64,000 nucleotides of DNA from a virus. The notes below the pieces were generated by a model. The model was not told the origin of the DNA, ran no database searches, and saw only the letters and a program-made list of their open reading frames with translations. Of this stretch, positions 63,075-64,000 are shown one piece after another. The DNA lies in IMG/VR virus record IMGVR_UViG_3300017987_000073, positions 16,563 through 80,562 of that record; one strand, 5' to 3'. A program made the position numbers and the translations under genes. Positions within the stretch are counted from its first letter, which is position 1. Each line of letters starts with the position of its first letter.

Positions 63075-63189
63075 CTGTTCGCCTCCAAGTGAACCCCCGA
63101 GCGGGGGTCGTTGTGAGGTTCCGTGGATCCTCGGACGGCCGCCCCAGTTGCCGATCTCTCGGTCTGTTGGCGCGCCGCGGGGGGTTTGA

Positions 63190-63630
63190 CTAGACCGGAA
63201 TGATCCGGTCGCACTTCATCGTCCACTCCGTGACGTTCAGCTCGCCCTCGTTCTCCATCGCTAGGTCCGCCGTCTTCCGCTTGGAGACGTACAGTCCGAT
63301 CATGTTGTAGGACCTCGTGTTGAGTCGCGAGATCGATCGGACGAGCAGGGTCGCCGGCTTCTTGTAGGTCGGGAGGACCGGATCCTGACCCTCCGCGAAC
63401 CACGCTTCGAGGAACAGGTCCTCGATCGTGTGGTGCTTCGGGTGCATCACCGTGAACTCGACCGGCTTGGTGTTCCCCCCGGACGCCGTCGTGCGGTCGG
63501 GGAGATCCACCGTCTCCAGCTCCTCCTCGAGCCCCGAGACCTCGGTGAACTCCAGCTTCGGAGGCCCGCCGACCACGATCAGCGAGTAATTGTTGACCGG
63601 AATGTGGTCCGGTAGCAGAACCTGTTTCAT
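63190..63630 (-). CDS. tail tube protein (T4 gp19-like)
   Basis: FTEVSGLEEE.ETV, .W, ....DL.ME....L.V.E.T..CD. Confidence 0.85.
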   Translation of the reverse strand: MKQVLLPDHIPVNNYSLIVVGGPPKLEFTEVSGLEEELETVDLPDRTTASGGNTKPVEFTVMHPKHHTIEDLFLEAWFAEGQDPVLPTYKKPATLLVRSISRLNTRSYNMIGLYVSKRKTADLAMENEGELNVTEWTMKCDRIIPV

Positions 63631-63673
63631 CTCACTCCTCCTTCAGAGCTCGAGACGTGGTGAACCCCGCGGG

Positions 63674-63904
63674 TCAGCTCCCCTTGACGAGGGTCAACGC
63701 CGCCGGGGAGAACCCGGCCACGTAACCGCCCCCGAGACCGCCCTCGGTGTCCAGTTGCGTGAGGAGCGCGATGAACTGCGTCCGGAGCTCCGTCAGGTCG
63801 TCCACCGTCGCGTTGAACAGGTCCACGAGCGGGTCGACGCCGCTCTCGCGGGTGACCCCTCGTCCCTGCCCACCGTCCCCGAGCAGTTGGTCGATCGTTG
63901 CCAT
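63674..63904 (-). CDS. small hypothetical virion-cluster protein
   Basis: GGAGGAGG RBS; DDLTELRTQFIALLTQLD helix. Confidence 0.6.
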   Translation of the reverse strand: MATIDQLLGDGGQGRGVTRESGVDPLVDLFNATVDDLTELRTQFIALLTQLDTEGGLGGGYVAGFSPAALTLVKGS

Positions 63905-63966
63905 CTCTCACCTCCTCCGGCCCGGGGCACCCCGGGCGGATAGTTGTCGTCGGATCTACCCCCGGA

Positions 63967-64000
63967 TCACTCCTCCGCGAAGTAGCGGTAGGTGTCGCCC
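63967..64000 (-). CDS. 3' end of an upstream gene (partial)
   Basis: ...GDTYRYFAEE-stop. Confidence 0.35.
   Translation of the reverse strand, partial: GDTYRYFAEE

Noticed and set aside
52934-63630. Extracellular contractile injection system or tailocin
   Set aside because: Contiguous with a complete phage replication, recombination and nucleotide-metabolism set; a myophage is the simpler reading, although capsid genes are outside the window.
1-64000. tRNA or rRNA genes; alternative genetic code
   Set aside because: No cloverleaf or T-loop consensus was seen in the few spacers. Genes end cleanly at TGA, TAG and TAA, and the breaks seen are frame changes rather than in-frame stops.

Overview
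The window is 64 kb of a large, very GC-rich tailed bacteriophage genome with a contractile (myovirus-type) tail. Every credible gene is on the minus strand and most are translationally coupled by ATGA/GTGA overlaps. The long plus-strand ORFs are antisense shadows. In the direction of transcription (64000 to 1) the order is: tail tube, tail-assembly chaperone with a -1 slippery site, tape measure, baseplate, a SpeD, four paralogous tail proteins, a wedge and a fibre; a membrane/lysis cassette containing a stand-alone MshEN-like protein; an SF2 helicase; a lambda-O-like initiator with an internal iteron origin, DnaC-like loader, DnaB and primase; an HTH protein, a matrixin protease and a serine recombinase; a sigma70-region-2 protein with an inserted classical C2H2 zinc finger; a candidate nucleotide-modification operon (FAD oxidoreductase, dUTPase/HAD fusion, catalytically rewired ThyX paralogue, dNMP kinase, Fe-S UDG-like protein, family B polymerase with an altered motif B); recombination/repair genes (UvsY-like, gp32-like, RecA-like, split SbcD, SbcC, SSB, DNA MTase, RuvC-like); cell-wall enzymes; class II RNR, an Ogg-like glycosylase, dCMP deaminase and a second, canonical-looking ThyX running off the left edge. 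The best candidate for an undescribed system is the 20-27 kb operon, which may make a non-canonical pyrimidine nucleotide. Several apparent 1-nt deletions suggest sequencing indels or decay. All assignments come from motif recognition by eye; no searches were run. Capsid, terminase and sheath genes are not in the window.
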